From Flavobacteriales bacterium (GTDB lineage Bacteria; Bacteroidota; Bacteroidia; Flavobacteriales; Flavobacteriaceae), in NCBI GenBank assembly GCA_038259855.1, contig JBBSOJ010000001.1, positions 1 through 41,343 of the forward strand: DNA of 41,343 nt, given 5' to 3'. The position numbers and the translations under genes were made by a program. Within the stretch, counting starts at the first letter, position 1. The number at the start of each line of letters is the position of its first letter. Below the pieces are notes generated by a model that was not told the DNA's origin, made no database searches, and saw nothing but the letters and a program-made list of their open reading frames with translations. Below are positions 26,427 through 36,147 of this stretch, piece after piece.

Positions 26427-27011
26427 TTAACTTTCTACATTCAAAATAGATTTTGTATGTTCGATATCTTCCGGCAAAATGGAATGTTTGAACTCTGGAT
26501 TTTTATATTTATAGATACTTAATTTTCCCGATTGCTCGTAATAAGCATGTTCAACTTCCGATAGATATTTGACCCCATTTTCTCTTAAAAGCATTATCAC
26601 CTCATTTACATCGATTTCATCTACAGTAAAGTTATCTTCTAAAAAACAACCATGTTCTACTAATTTTGAGACTTTTGGATGTGTAATCTTCCTCACGGAT
26701 TCGTGTCTGATGCCAATATAGACATACAGCTTTTGGAAGGCTGCAATCATCGTTATGACCACCATGGGAATCGCAAGGGGAATACTCGGATATAACATCG
26801 CATCCCCAACGGCACTTCCCATTGCTATTATCAAAAGTATATCCGCACTTCCAATGCCGCCAACAGCTCGTTTACCTATCCATCGGATGATGAGGATGGT
26901 GTAACTCATTATTACAAAAACCCTGATAATGATTTCTACATAAATCAAAAAAGGAAATTCTCCAATTAATATTTTCAAGACATCAAACGTGTATTCATTG
27001 GCTTCAATCAT
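26427..27011 (-). CDS. DUF421 (YetF-like) membrane protein
   Basis: IGKR, MGSAVGDAM, LRENG and EQSGKLS motifs. Confidence 0.88.
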   Translation of the reverse strand: MIEANEYTFDVLKILIGEFPFLIYVEIIIRVFVIMSYTILIIRWIGKRAVGGIGSADILLIIAMGSAVGDAMLYPSIPLAIPMVVITMIAAFQKLYVYIGIRHESVRKITHPKVSKLVEHGCFLEDNFTVDEIDVNEVIMLLRENGVKYLSEVEHAYYEQSGKLSIYKYKNPEFKHSILPEDIEHTKSILNVES

Positions 27012-27086
27012 TACTATAATTTTAAAAATGTTGAGGATGTTTTAAACGCAAGAAAAATAATTTAAAGAAGAAAAAAATCTGTAAAA

Positions 27087-27434
27087 TCACTTTTTTGAGT
27101 CTGGTGGCACCATAGAATCTTTACTTATGTTTCCCTTTGGGACATCGTTCATAAAGGAATGAACCGAAGTATTACCATTGGCGCCAAAACTTGCCAAGAT
27201 AGTTCCACGACTACCATCAGTTGTTTCAATAACATATAAAAGCGACATGTCCGATGGGTTGCTCATGCCTTCATATCTATGCTCTTTTAATATGGTAATG
27301 TCATCGGGACTGTAAGTGGCTTTTGTTTTTAGATTTTCCAACCTGTCATTTACGATTCTATATTGGTCAGTAAATCCCTCCGCTTCGTAATGTTTTAAAT
27401 AATCCAATTCGTTTTTTGCAAATTCATTTTCCAT
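27087..27434 (-). CDS. Conserved Bacteroidota hypothetical protein (likely start MENEF at 27434)
   Basis: HRYEGMSNPSDMSLLYVIE..DG.RGT motif. Confidence 0.8.
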   Translation of the reverse strand: MENEFAKNELDYLKHYEAEGFTDQYRIVNDRLENLKTKATYSPDDITILKEHRYEGMSNPSDMSLLYVIETTDGSRGTILASFGANGNTSVHSFMNDVPKGNISKDSMVPPDSKK

Positions 27435-27994
27435 ATCTGATTTGTATTTGAGTTGGTACAATTTTCACCTATTGTAATCAAAATATAAAGGTTACATTTT
27501 CGTCCATAGATTTATAACGCAATACAAATTTTATGTATCACAATAAAAAAACTTTATCAGGAGATGTTTCAATCGGTATAACGACATCCAGATTCTTTTA
27601 CCTTCAAAAGTTAACTTTGTAGATATGAAATATAAAAATGAATAAATAATAGACCTTTCATTATCCATTATCTTAAGAATATAATTTAAGCAGTTATTTA
27701 ATAGTGATTTTCGCACACCATGAAACGACATAGCTATTAATATCATAACTATTGTCAAAAATAAAATCGTTCCATTTAGACTTGGGTTTCGTATGAATCC
27801 TTACTTGCAGAATCAACAATCACATAATCAAAACCAATTTTCTTTTTCAAGCGCTTAATAAACATCTATGAAAGCCTATGGATTTTAGTTGTAATCAAAT
27901 TTAATATACCTCAATTATTAAAATGTTATTTAAATTTTTTGAGACTTTAATTTAAAATCAAATTTCTATATTTAATAATCCTTTACTTCAATAA

Positions 27995-28870
27995 ATGAAT
28001 CAAGAGTCTGAAAAATACTATCTGATATTTGAGTCCTGGAGTTTAGACCCCAATCAATGGTCGATAGTTATGGATGGCACTGCCGTTCTCTTAGCTGTAT
28101 TCGGTGTGCTCTTGGGGTTTTATCTCTATAGAAAACAGCGTATGGACAATTCATATGACGCATTTGATTATTTTCAATCGTCACTTCCAGAACTGATACA
28201 ATCCATTGAAAAAGCAATTGATGACCTTGAAAGTTTTAACCGTTCACTTGATTTGGATACATTCGTCAATCCCATACTTTCTGCATCATTGAATGATAAA
28301 TTCTTGAGTAAAATCGACTTAATTCATTTAAATAGGTTCTATTCCCATCAGAGACAAAATAAGCTTTCAAATTTCAAACAACTATTGGTTGATTCAAATT
28401 TTTTTGGCAATTATCATAGTTATATCAGTCAAGAAATTAATTTTTTTAGAACTCATTTTCAAAATGAAAAAAACAGGTTTTCGGAATGGCGCTTGTTGCG
28501 ATCGACACAATTTTTTTCTAAAAACCCAACTGAAAATGAGAATTCAGAGTATAAAGAATTCTATTCAAATTGGGTTAAGACTATGAATGAACGTGTGGCA
28601 AGTGTTGATTTTAACAAGGATGAACCTTCCGGAATAAATAATCGAAATGCCGTTTTGGAAAACGAAATAGAGACTTTAGTGCGTCGTCTGTCTGAATTTG
28701 TAGATGACAACCAGAACGCCGATCAAGCAAGTTTACTTGCCCATAACGTTATTTTAGCCTATGACAATATGGTGGAAATGAAAGCAAGTATCAGAACTGT
28801 TTTGGAAAACGATATTAAGCGATTTAAAAGCGTTCTTATAAATATGAAAACGCTTTCTGAAGACAATTAA
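27995..28870 (+). CDS. Hypothetical protein with one N-terminal TM helix and a helical body
   Basis: 291-aa ORF with TM segment AVLLAVFGVLLGFYLY; no family recognised. Confidence 0.8.
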   Translation: MNQESEKYYLIFESWSLDPNQWSIVMDGTAVLLAVFGVLLGFYLYRKQRMDNSYDAFDYFQSSLPELIQSIEKAIDDLESFNRSLDLDTFVNPILSASLNDKFLSKIDLIHLNRFYSHQRQNKLSNFKQLLVDSNFFGNYHSYISQEINFFRTHFQNEKNRFSEWRLLRSTQFFSKNPTENENSEYKEFYSNWVKTMNERVASVDFNKDEPSGINNRNAVLENEIETLVRRLSEFVDDNQNADQASLLAHNVILAYDNMVEMKASIRTVLENDIKRFKSVLINMKTLSEDN

Positions 28871-28891
28871 AAAATTTGAGAGGTATCGCCA

Positions 28892-29464
28892 TCATTCTGT
28901 CGGAAATTCTGCAAATATATCATCTACAAATTTATCAATCGCAACAGATTCTTCATCTGCAAATTTAGCATCAAAAGCAGAGCCTCTCCAAACAACAATT
29001 TTTGTTTTAGCATCCACTAATCGAATAATCAGTGAGCCCGTATCATAAGCGGATAAATTCACTTCATAGTCAACAAAGCCATCAAAATCGTTATAACCGT
29101 TATAATAATAATTTTCATAAGTTGGGTTTACACGATATTTAGAGGCATCATAATCAGGATACGTTGCATAAACAGGTTTAGTATTCTCAGTAGCCGAATC
29201 TTTCGTAGTGCTAATGAGCACTAACAAGTCTGGACGATTTCTATCTATTGTATAACCACGTTTCTTCATATTCAAATTAGTGGTTTCGATAATCTCTTTT
29301 TCAAAGGTTTCATTTTTAATGCCCTCAAAATTACTATTTGGTAAATAGGCAAAGGTTTTATATTTAGAAAGGTCAACAGCGGTGGTTTTAGTGGTGTTTA
29401 CCGTGGGACCGCAACTAAAGAACAGGAATGTTAAAAGGATAAGCGCAAAGTTTAGTGTTTTCAT
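28892..29464 (-). CDS. DUF4136 lipoprotein
   Basis: Lipobox FFSC; LSKYKTFAY, PDLLV and G.LII.LVDA....VVWRG motifs. Confidence 0.9.
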   Translation of the reverse strand: MKTLNFALILLTFLFFSCGPTVNTTKTTAVDLSKYKTFAYLPNSNFEGIKNETFEKEIIETTNLNMKKRGYTIDRNRPDLLVLISTTKDSATENTKPVYATYPDYDASKYRVNPTYENYYYNGYNDFDGFVDYEVNLSAYDTGSLIIRLVDAKTKIVVWRGSAFDAKFADEESVAIDKFVDDIFAEFPTE

Positions 29465-29953
29465 AATTTTATATTATTAATTAATGGCATCACTATAAGC
29501 TACTATTTAAATTATTGGATGAGGCGCTTAAATCAGCGAATTGTTGACGCAAATAATTGTCATAAATCGAATTTGTCCATGTCAATATTAAAATTCAGTA
29601 AGGATGTCATTTCCTTATAATATTAGAACACCATTAAATGTCAAGTCTAATTTCTATAGGCAATAATCTAAAAATGATTTCAAATAAAATGTCTTTGTTC
29701 TCAATGGCATTCTGAAGTTAACATCGACCATTACCACTTTTGTTGTATTGATACCATAGGTCAGCATGTGCAATAATTAAAATCTCTAGACCATCATAAC
29801 TTAATATTTTATAGCATCAATATTTATAGGAATACGACACGTTTTTCTCGCTATCCGTTGTTATATTAATTTTACAAAATCAACAATAATTTTGGTTTCC
29901 AATAAGGAATACTTAAAAATACTATTAGAAGCCATTTAAAAAACTTTAAAATT

Positions 29954-30538
29954 ATGAATACAATTAAAACAATGATTATTCCAGTAGTAGCCATAAGTCT
30001 TTTGATGAGCTGCGACTTTAAAAAGACCGATACCGGTGAGCTTCCTGAAATAGAAGTTGATGTGGATGCCGAATCAGGTGAATTGCCTGAATATGATGTC
30101 GATTGGGCAGATGTTAATGTGGGTACAAAAACAGAAACTGTAGAAGTGCCAAAGGTAGTGGTCGTTATGGAAGAAGAAGAAGTCGAGGTTCCTTACTTGG
30201 ATGTGGATATGCCTAATGCAGGGGAAAAGGAAGAACGAACGCTAATGATTGAAGCGGAAGTTTCAGGAGAAGAATCCAAAATGGAAATCAAGGAAATCTG
30301 GGCAACTGGCAAACGTCTGATTGTTATCTCTGAATTGCAATCTACAGGAAAAGACATTGGCGATAAAAATATGCGCGTGTCGGATCAAGTTACTTTAAAT
30401 GCACCCGAATTGGATGTAAGATATTATATCATCGGAGAAAGACCTGATAGAGTTTTCAATAGACAGAATACATACATGAGAAGTATGGAGGATATTAATA
30501 CTAAAGTAGGGGACCACAAAGTCATCTATACAAAATAA
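29954..30538 (+). CDS. Hypothetical acidic lipoprotein
   Basis: Lipobox LMSC (Cys20); repeated GELPE.(D/E)VD; V/E-rich beta segment. Confidence 0.85.
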   Translation: MNTIKTMIIPVVAISLLMSCDFKKTDTGELPEIEVDVDAESGELPEYDVDWADVNVGTKTETVEVPKVVVVMEEEEVEVPYLDVDMPNAGEKEERTLMIEAEVSGEESKMEIKEIWATGKRLIVISELQSTGKDIGDKNMRVSDQVTLNAPELDVRYYIIGERPDRVFNRQNTYMRSMEDINTKVGDHKVIYTK

Positions 30539-30550
30539 TTTGTTGGTTAG

Positions 30551-30591
30551 AAATGGTTCTGAATCTAACACTGGTGACAGAACCATTTTTT
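30551..30591 (+). terminator. Hairpin / terminator inside the operon
   Basis: AAATGGTTCTG / CAGAACCATTT stem followed by T residues. Confidence 0.65.
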
Positions 30592-30629
30592 AACTATACA
30601 CCCAATCAATAACTTAAAAACAATACATT

Positions 30630-31256
30630 ATGGCAGAAATTAAAATTAAAAAAAAGACAACAATATGGCCCTGGATTTTAGCAATCTTGGCTGTTTTAGT
30701 AATACTCTTTATCATGTTCTTCGCAAACGATGACGATGATGGTACAGATGACGTATCAGATGATACTTCAGAAATGGTTACAGATGACGTCAACCAGTCC
30801 ATGGATAATTCTACATATGTTATTTCAGACACAGCTATTTCCGAGATTTCAGAGTATACAACATTTGTAAACAAAGATGCAGAAATGGGCCTTGAGCACG
30901 AATATGCGAATGCCGCACTCAATAAATTAATTGAAGCTACGGAATCCATAGCAAACAGCTTAAATGTAAATATCAGTTCAGATTTAGAAACTGCTCGCAA
31001 AAATGCAGAGTCCATTACCGACGACCCGCTTGATTTGACACATGCCGATAAAATCAAGAATGCGGGAAGCATCGTTGTAGACGCTTTAAGGAACATCCAA
31101 TCACAACGCTTTCCAAATATGGAGACAGAAGTTGGAGAAGTGCATGATGCGCTTGTAGCGATTATTCCAGGCGAAAAAACATTAGAACAGACAGCCACAG
31201 TAAAGAATTTCTTCAACGAGGCTGGGCAATTATTAACCAATATGAAAAACAAGTAA
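30630..31256 (+). CDS. Hypothetical membrane-anchored protein
   Basis: MAEIKIKKK..IWPWIL TM anchor, acidic linker and helical domain. Confidence 0.85.
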   Translation: MAEIKIKKKTTIWPWILAILAVLVILFIMFFANDDDDGTDDVSDDTSEMVTDDVNQSMDNSTYVISDTAISEISEYTTFVNKDAEMGLEHEYANAALNKLIEATESIANSLNVNISSDLETARKNAESITDDPLDLTHADKIKNAGSIVVDALRNIQSQRFPNMETEVGEVHDALVAIIPGEKTLEQTATVKNFFNEAGQLLTNMKNK

Positions 31257-31260
31257 AATT

Positions 31261-31767
31261 ATGGACACAGATAATAAAAAGAATTTATACTATTTAGAAG
31301 AACTATCGGATTATACGGTAGCTGACAATGATAAGGATGTTCGTGGTTGGGAAGTGAAAGATAAAGATGGGAGAGCCATTGGAACAGTTGATAACTTACT
31401 TGTCAATAAAAATACAGAACGTGTTGTTTATCTCGATATAGAAGTAGATACATCAATTATTGCAGCAAATCATAAACCCTATAATAGTAGGGTTAAAGAT
31501 GGTGGTCATGAATATCTTAATGAAGACGGTGAAAATCATTTTATTTTACCAATTGGTATGGCGCATCTCAATCTCGAAAGTGAAATTGTTTTTACGGAAA
31601 GCATCAACCACCAAACCTTTGCCGAAACAAAACGGATGAAGAAAGGAACACCGATCCATAGAGATTATGAAGTGCTCGTATTAGATTCTTATGTGAGAAA
31701 TGAACACGCAGATCCCTATCCTAAAGATGATAAATTTTATGATAGAGCAGAGTTTAACAGAAAATAG
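31261..31767 (+). CDS. PRC-barrel domain protein
   Basis: DY.VAD.D.DVRGWEV.D.DG..IG.VD.LLV...RVVYLD motif. Confidence 0.9.
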   Translation: MDTDNKKNLYYLEELSDYTVADNDKDVRGWEVKDKDGRAIGTVDNLLVNKNTERVVYLDIEVDTSIIAANHKPYNSRVKDGGHEYLNEDGENHFILPIGMAHLNLESEIVFTESINHQTFAETKRMKKGTPIHRDYEVLVLDSYVRNEHADPYPKDDKFYDRAEFNRK

Positions 31768-31787
31768 AAAAACGTTATTATAAAGTT

Positions 31788-31823
31788 ATAAGAAACCCAA
31801 ATCGATAGATTTGGGTTTCTTAT
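31788..31823. terminator. Bidirectional rho-independent terminator
   Basis: Perfect 16-bp stem ATAAGAAACCCAAATC / GATTTGGGTTTCTTAT between convergent genes. Confidence 0.88.
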
Positions 31824-31832
31824 TTAATTGAT

Positions 31833-32447
31833 CTATTTATTATTAGTAGAAACCTTTTTAAAATTCGTTACTAAATGATAGCCCAATCCACAAAACCAAA
31901 GGAATGTAACTAGGGCAACACCGCGCTCATAAGCGCCTTCATATGCTTCAGATATAAAAAGAAATCCTGAACAGGATAATAGAAAGAGCGCACCAGTGCT
32001 AATGCTTACGTAATACCATTGTCTTTTAAGATCTTTTACAGCAATGCCTATAAGAATCGTACTTATCAAAAAAAGAATCCCTATAGATATCGCGAGTACG
32101 ATATGTATTGTTTTTCCTGGGACTCCCGCAAATTGATTGAACTCTGACAACACGATAGTAAGTATACCCAATAATCCAAGGCATATAGAGCACCACAGGA
32201 TAGATACGAAATTGGATCTCCAAATGTAGAGTCCAATGGCGCCAGCTATAACGCCCAACCCGAAAAGTGTCAGACCAATATCTTGAATATAAGCATAGTC
32301 GCCATGTGCCAATTGGCTGATAGTTTGACGAATCGGATTATGGTCTTCAACAACTAAAATCCCAATAACATCTGTTATAGCCGCACTTAAGCAGCCAATG
32401 ATTAAAGCAATTCCGCTGTATGTTATAAGTGTATCTTTATATCTCAT
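31833..32447 (-). CDS. DUF998 family membrane protein
   Basis: HNPIRQTISQLA, IH and G.YER motifs; six TM helices. Confidence 0.82.
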   Translation of the reverse strand: MRYKDTLITYSGIALIIGCLSAAITDVIGILVVEDHNPIRQTISQLAHGDYAYIQDIGLTLFGLGVIAGAIGLYIWRSNFVSILWCSICLGLLGILTIVLSEFNQFAGVPGKTIHIVLAISIGILFLISTILIGIAVKDLKRQWYYVSISTGALFLLSCSGFLFISEAYEGAYERGVALVTFLWFCGLGYHLVTNFKKVSTNNK

Positions 32448-32477
32448 TTCATTAATTTGGCGATGTTAGAACTCGTT

Positions 32478-33542
32478 TTAAGAATATAATCCATCATCAA
32501 TCTTCGAATCTGCCCACTTTTTATCTTCACGATTTACATCAAGCTTTTCCTGTGCATCTTTCTTCTGCGGAGCGTAATTTAATTTGATATACATAGGAAA
32601 GTGATCTGAACCTATATCTTTTTCTCTTGAGATATCTACAAGCGTAAAATCATCTGTGTGAAAAACATGGTCCAATGGCCAGCGTAAAAGTAGATATTCA
32701 GCACTGTAGGTATTGAAGAAGCCTCGACCACGCCTAGGGTCCATGAGTCCACTTATCTTTTGAAAAATTTTAGTGGTACGAGACCATGCCACATCATTCA
32801 AATCACCAAAAACCATAGTTAATTTGGCGTTATCTTTTATCTTTTTTCCAACCAATAAAAGTTCAGCATCCCTATTAGTAGATGTGCTACTTTCTGAAGG
32901 ACTTGGAGGTCTGGGGTGCAAACAGTGGATTTTAGCTTTATAGCCATTTTCCAATTGAACATAACCGTGAATGGATGGAATTTCATCTTTGATTAAATAG
33001 TCAATTTCCATGTTTTCAAGAGGAAGTTTTGAGTAGAGATGCATGCCGTAAAGATTGTCCAAAGGAACTTTTACCGAGTGTTTATAATCAGTCTCAAAAT
33101 GTTTTAAAGCGTTCTCCCAACCTTTATCGGATTCTAAAGTCAAGAATAAATCGGGATTCTTTGTTTTAATTATATTAATCAAATTTTGATACTTCCGATT
33201 GGTCATTAACACATTGGATACCAAAATGCTAATTTCATTGGTCGTATCACTTCCTTCGTAATTTAATACTTGATGCTTTGCCAGATAGGTATAGGGAAAT
33301 ATCAGCCAACATTGATATATCAGGCAAATGCATAATGCCCCTAATAGTATAAAATGCCACGGTTCTTGAAACGAATAGACAAATACTGCTAATAAAATAT
33401 TCGCAAAAATCAAGATAGATATCTGAATCCTCGGAAAATCAAATCCTCTAATCCACCAATAATCGAATTTTGTTGCAGAAGCCATACTTGGAATGCAGGA
33501 AATAATATTGAAAATTAAAATGATAAGTTCAAGACTTGACAT
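32478..33542 (-). CDS. Membrane-anchored endonuclease/exonuclease/phosphatase family protein (YafD-like)
   Basis: NVLM.N, LESD, HPRPP, GDLNDVAWS, LDH and SDHFP motifs. Confidence 0.93.
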   Translation of the reverse strand: MSSLELIILIFNIISCIPSMASATKFDYWWIRGFDFPRIQISILIFANILLAVFVYSFQEPWHFILLGALCICLIYQCWLIFPYTYLAKHQVLNYEGSDTTNEISILVSNVLMTNRKYQNLINIIKTKNPDLFLTLESDKGWENALKHFETDYKHSVKVPLDNLYGMHLYSKLPLENMEIDYLIKDEIPSIHGYVQLENGYKAKIHCLHPRPPSPSESSTSTNRDAELLLVGKKIKDNAKLTMVFGDLNDVAWSRTTKIFQKISGLMDPRRGRGFFNTYSAEYLLLRWPLDHVFHTDDFTLVDISREKDIGSDHFPMYIKLNYAPQKKDAQEKLDVNREDKKWADSKIDDGLYS

Positions 33543-34815
33543 ATGAATTAGTTAATTGAATATTTGGCAGTTAATTGATGAATATGTTTAAAATTAATAC
33601 ATAAATAGCATAGAGAAGCATGAATATATATTTTATTTGTAGATGTTAAAAGCACCATGTGGATTGATTATTATGGTTGAAATAGTGGACTAATAGATTA
33701 AATTTCAATTTTGAAAGCCCAAATCCTCAAGACTTCAGCAATAATAGATGTTTTAGGTTTTCGTTACGTTTAATCACCAATTTAGTAGGCCAAATGGTTC
33801 TAAAATCCTATGATTCTCGCAAGATGAATTCAAGAGAAAAGTCAACGACTGCACTTTATGCATCATCTAAAAAAAGCGACTGTTGTCCCCATATTTACAA
33901 TAACTCTTTGCCCTATTTTAACAAATCCCAACGCCGACCTTAACCCTAATCCCTTAATCAATACTGTATTTTGCTCATAAATAATATTTCTTTTTCAAGG
34001 TAATCATATGACATGTTAACCTTTGACTCAAATAACAAAAAAATATTCTTTTTTCACAATAATGGCAACAACTGTTTGTCATTAAAATACTAAAGTCAAT
34101 TAATGAAAATTCAAAATCAACAATGATATTAGAAATTTTCAATTTATTTTTAAGGTTTGAACATAATGATATCCTTTTTATTTTGTGGAGATCAGTGGTA
34201 AGTCTAACCAAATTATTTTTTTACAAATGCAACTCGTCCTGAAAGAGACGAAGCCTAAATTATAGAATAAATCATTTGATACTTAATTTAAAGATACTTG
34301 ATTTATAAAAAAAATGAGTGAGCCGAAAAAAAGGACAAATTATTTTCAATGAAGCTCTTTTAAAGCATCTTCTCTGATCTTCAGATTTACTCATTAAAGT
34401 GACCAAAGGAAACTTTTAACCTCTCCATAGGACACTATTTTAGAATAGAATCTAGTTGCAAATTTCAAACTCAATCACGTCAAGTAAAGCACATGAAAAT
34501 GACTATGTGCGGTTAGGCTTATCTAAAATAAAAATGATAACGGGTATCAAAACTTTGAACCATTTATAATTGGTCTTTTTCCCGATAGTAAAATTGAAGA
34601 TTATAAAAACTTAAAAAATCGGCTTAACGTAATTCTAGGCATTCCAGGAACTTTGATGGCGCAAACACGAGTTAAGAGAAATCAGATCCTTGAAACCGTA
34701 CTCAAATGATTATTTTAATGGTGCAATACCTTCCAGAAAGCATATTGTTTAGAATGGAATTTATAAGAAAAAAGATAAAAACTCAATCACAAGAGCATCT
34801 TTTAATATTTTTAAT

Positions 34816-34921
34816 GTGTCAAATGAATCCTTCTAAAAGCAAAAACCTCACTAATCATATAATTAGCAAGGTTTTGTACCTAAATGGTGTTTCCACCTGT
34901 GACCCGACTGGGGCTCGAACC
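34816..34921. repeat. Direct repeat copy 2, overlapping the tRNA-Lys 3' end
   Basis: 100/106 identical to 1286-1391. Contains the imperfect palindrome AAAACCT..CTAAT / ATTAG..AGGTTTT. Confidence 0.95.
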
Positions 34922-34972
34922 CAGGACCCCAACATTAAAAGTGTTGTGCTCTACCAACTGAGCTATCGAGTC
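34900..34972 (-). tRNA. tRNA-Lys (anticodon UUU), CCA not encoded
   Basis: GACTCGATAGCTCAGTTGGTAGAGCACAACACTTTTAATGTTGGGGTCCTGGGTTCGAGCCCCAGTCGGGTCA folds as a cloverleaf; anticodon arm CAACA-CTTTTAA-TGTTG. Confidence 0.97.
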
Positions 34973-34990
34973 TTTCGTTTTACGAGGGTG

Positions 34991-34998
34991 CAAATATA
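34991..34998 (-). promoter_or_regulatory. -7 promoter element of the tRNA
   Basis: TATATTTG matches TAnnTTTG, 18 nt upstream of the tRNA 5' end. Confidence 0.75.
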
Positions 34999-35097
34999 AA
35001 AACGATTAAGTTATAATGCAACGCTTTTTTGATATAAATTTGTTTTTTTTTGCGAATAATTATGCAAGCTATTTAAAATCAATTTATAAGAGGAATT

Positions 35098-35616
35098 ATG
35101 ATTATTTTTTTAATCGGCTATATGGGGTCTGGAAAATCAACTATTGGTCTAAAATTGTCACATTCGTTACAATTTGAATATATTGATTTGGACGATTACA
35201 TAGAGGACATGGAAGGGATGTCTGTTTCGGAGTTATTCAAATCTAAAGGAGAAATATACTTTCGAAAAAAAGAAACCCACTATTTACATCTGCTATTATC
35301 GTCTAAAAATACCGTCATTTCGTTAGGAGGAGGAACACCCTGTTATGCTTCTAATATGGAGATGATCGTAACGGCATCTGGGGCTCGCAGTATCTACTTA
35401 AAAGCATCCATTGGAGTTCTTGTAGAACGATTGTTCAGTGAGCGCACCAAAAGACCGTTGATCTCGCATCTTCAAACAAAAGAGGAGCTTACAGAGTTTA
35501 TAGGAAAACATCTTTTTGAGCGCTCTTATTTTTACTCACAAGCGGATTCGGTCGTTTCAGTAGATGAAAAAAACGTGGATCAAATTGTTGAGGAATTGGA
35601 GCTGAAATTAGGTTAA
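35098..35616 (+). CDS. aroK: Shikimate kinase
   Basis: GYMGSGKS Walker A, DLD, GE.YFR..E, LGGG and RPL motifs. Confidence 0.95.
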   Translation: MIIFLIGYMGSGKSTIGLKLSHSLQFEYIDLDDYIEDMEGMSVSELFKSKGEIYFRKKETHYLHLLLSSKNTVISLGGGTPCYASNMEMIVTASGARSIYLKASIGVLVERLFSERTKRPLISHLQTKEELTEFIGKHLFERSYFYSQADSVVSVDEKNVDQIVEELELKLG

Positions 35617-36111
35617 GTAAGCTTGATACTCTGTACCTGATAAAACAACCTCTACGTGTTCATTTAGTGATGTTGATAAAGAAATGCCTTTAAAATCGGC
35701 CTTTACCGGGTATTTTTTATGGTTGCGATTGACTAAAACCGCCGTTTTGAATTGTTTTAGAGGCACATTCAAAAAGTGCTTTACACCATATACAAGGGTG
35801 CCACCAGAATTTAAGACATCATCAATTAACACAATCGACTTATGGATGTAATCATTAGGAGCCAACGAGGTTGAAATTTCAGCGAGTGGATTCTTCTTGT
35901 CAACAACGACCTTACAAAGTGTTGTTTTTAAATCTGAAATTTGATCTAGCGTCGCTTTTAGTTTTTCTGCCAACACATAGCCATTACTGTCAATCCCCGC
36001 CAGGATCACTTCTGTTTCATTGACATTGCTTTCGTAAATCTGATAGGCAATACGTCTGATCTTGTGATTGATCTCGCCATGATTGAGAATGATGTGTTTG
36101 GAAGTCGTCAT
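35608..36111 (-). CDS. Phosphoribosyltransferase family protein (PyrR-like)
   Basis: IRRIAYQI, VLIDDVLNSGGT PRPP-binding motif and R.H..YP..ADF.G; TATCTTTG promoter at 36135-36128. Confidence 0.9.
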   Translation of the reverse strand: MTTSKHIILNHGEINHKIRRIAYQIYESNVNETEVILAGIDSNGYVLAEKLKATLDQISDLKTTLCKVVVDKKNPLAEISTSLAPNDYIHKSIVLIDDVLNSGGTLVYGVKHFLNVPLKQFKTAVLVNRNHKKYPVKADFKGISLSTSLNEHVEVVLSGTEYQAYLT

Positions 36112-36147
36112 CGAAATAGTGTTTGACCAAAGATAAAAAGAGTTGCT

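Larger units (their letters stand above)
1370..34921. mobile_element. ~33.5 kb genomic island integrated at the 3' end of tRNA-Lys(UUU), lacking its own integrase
   Basis: Flanked by the intact tRNA and a duplicated tRNA 3' end. Cargo is accessory stress genes, and housekeeping genes resume immediately past the tRNA. Confidence 0.85.

Noticed and set aside
27087-27434. Calling this protein a phosphoribosylpyrophosphate synthetase, as I recall similar proteins being labelled
   Set aside because: It is only about 115 aa and has no PRPP synthetase motifs.
27531-27880. 75-aa ORF and nearby fragments as a gene
   Set aside because: Multiple stops and no recognisable family; at most a decayed remnant.
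30614-31252. 212-aa minus-strand ORF
   Set aside because: It is the antisense shadow of the + strand membrane protein, which fits the operon.
13777-33596. TAnnTTTA instead of TAnnTTTG upstream of many island genes, as a sign of an alternative sigma factor
   Set aside because: This pattern is expected often by chance in such AT-rich intergenic DNA and cannot be supported without TSS data.
34706-34999. 97-aa ORF across the tRNA
   Set aside because: It runs antisense through tRNA-Lys and the att repeat; spurious.
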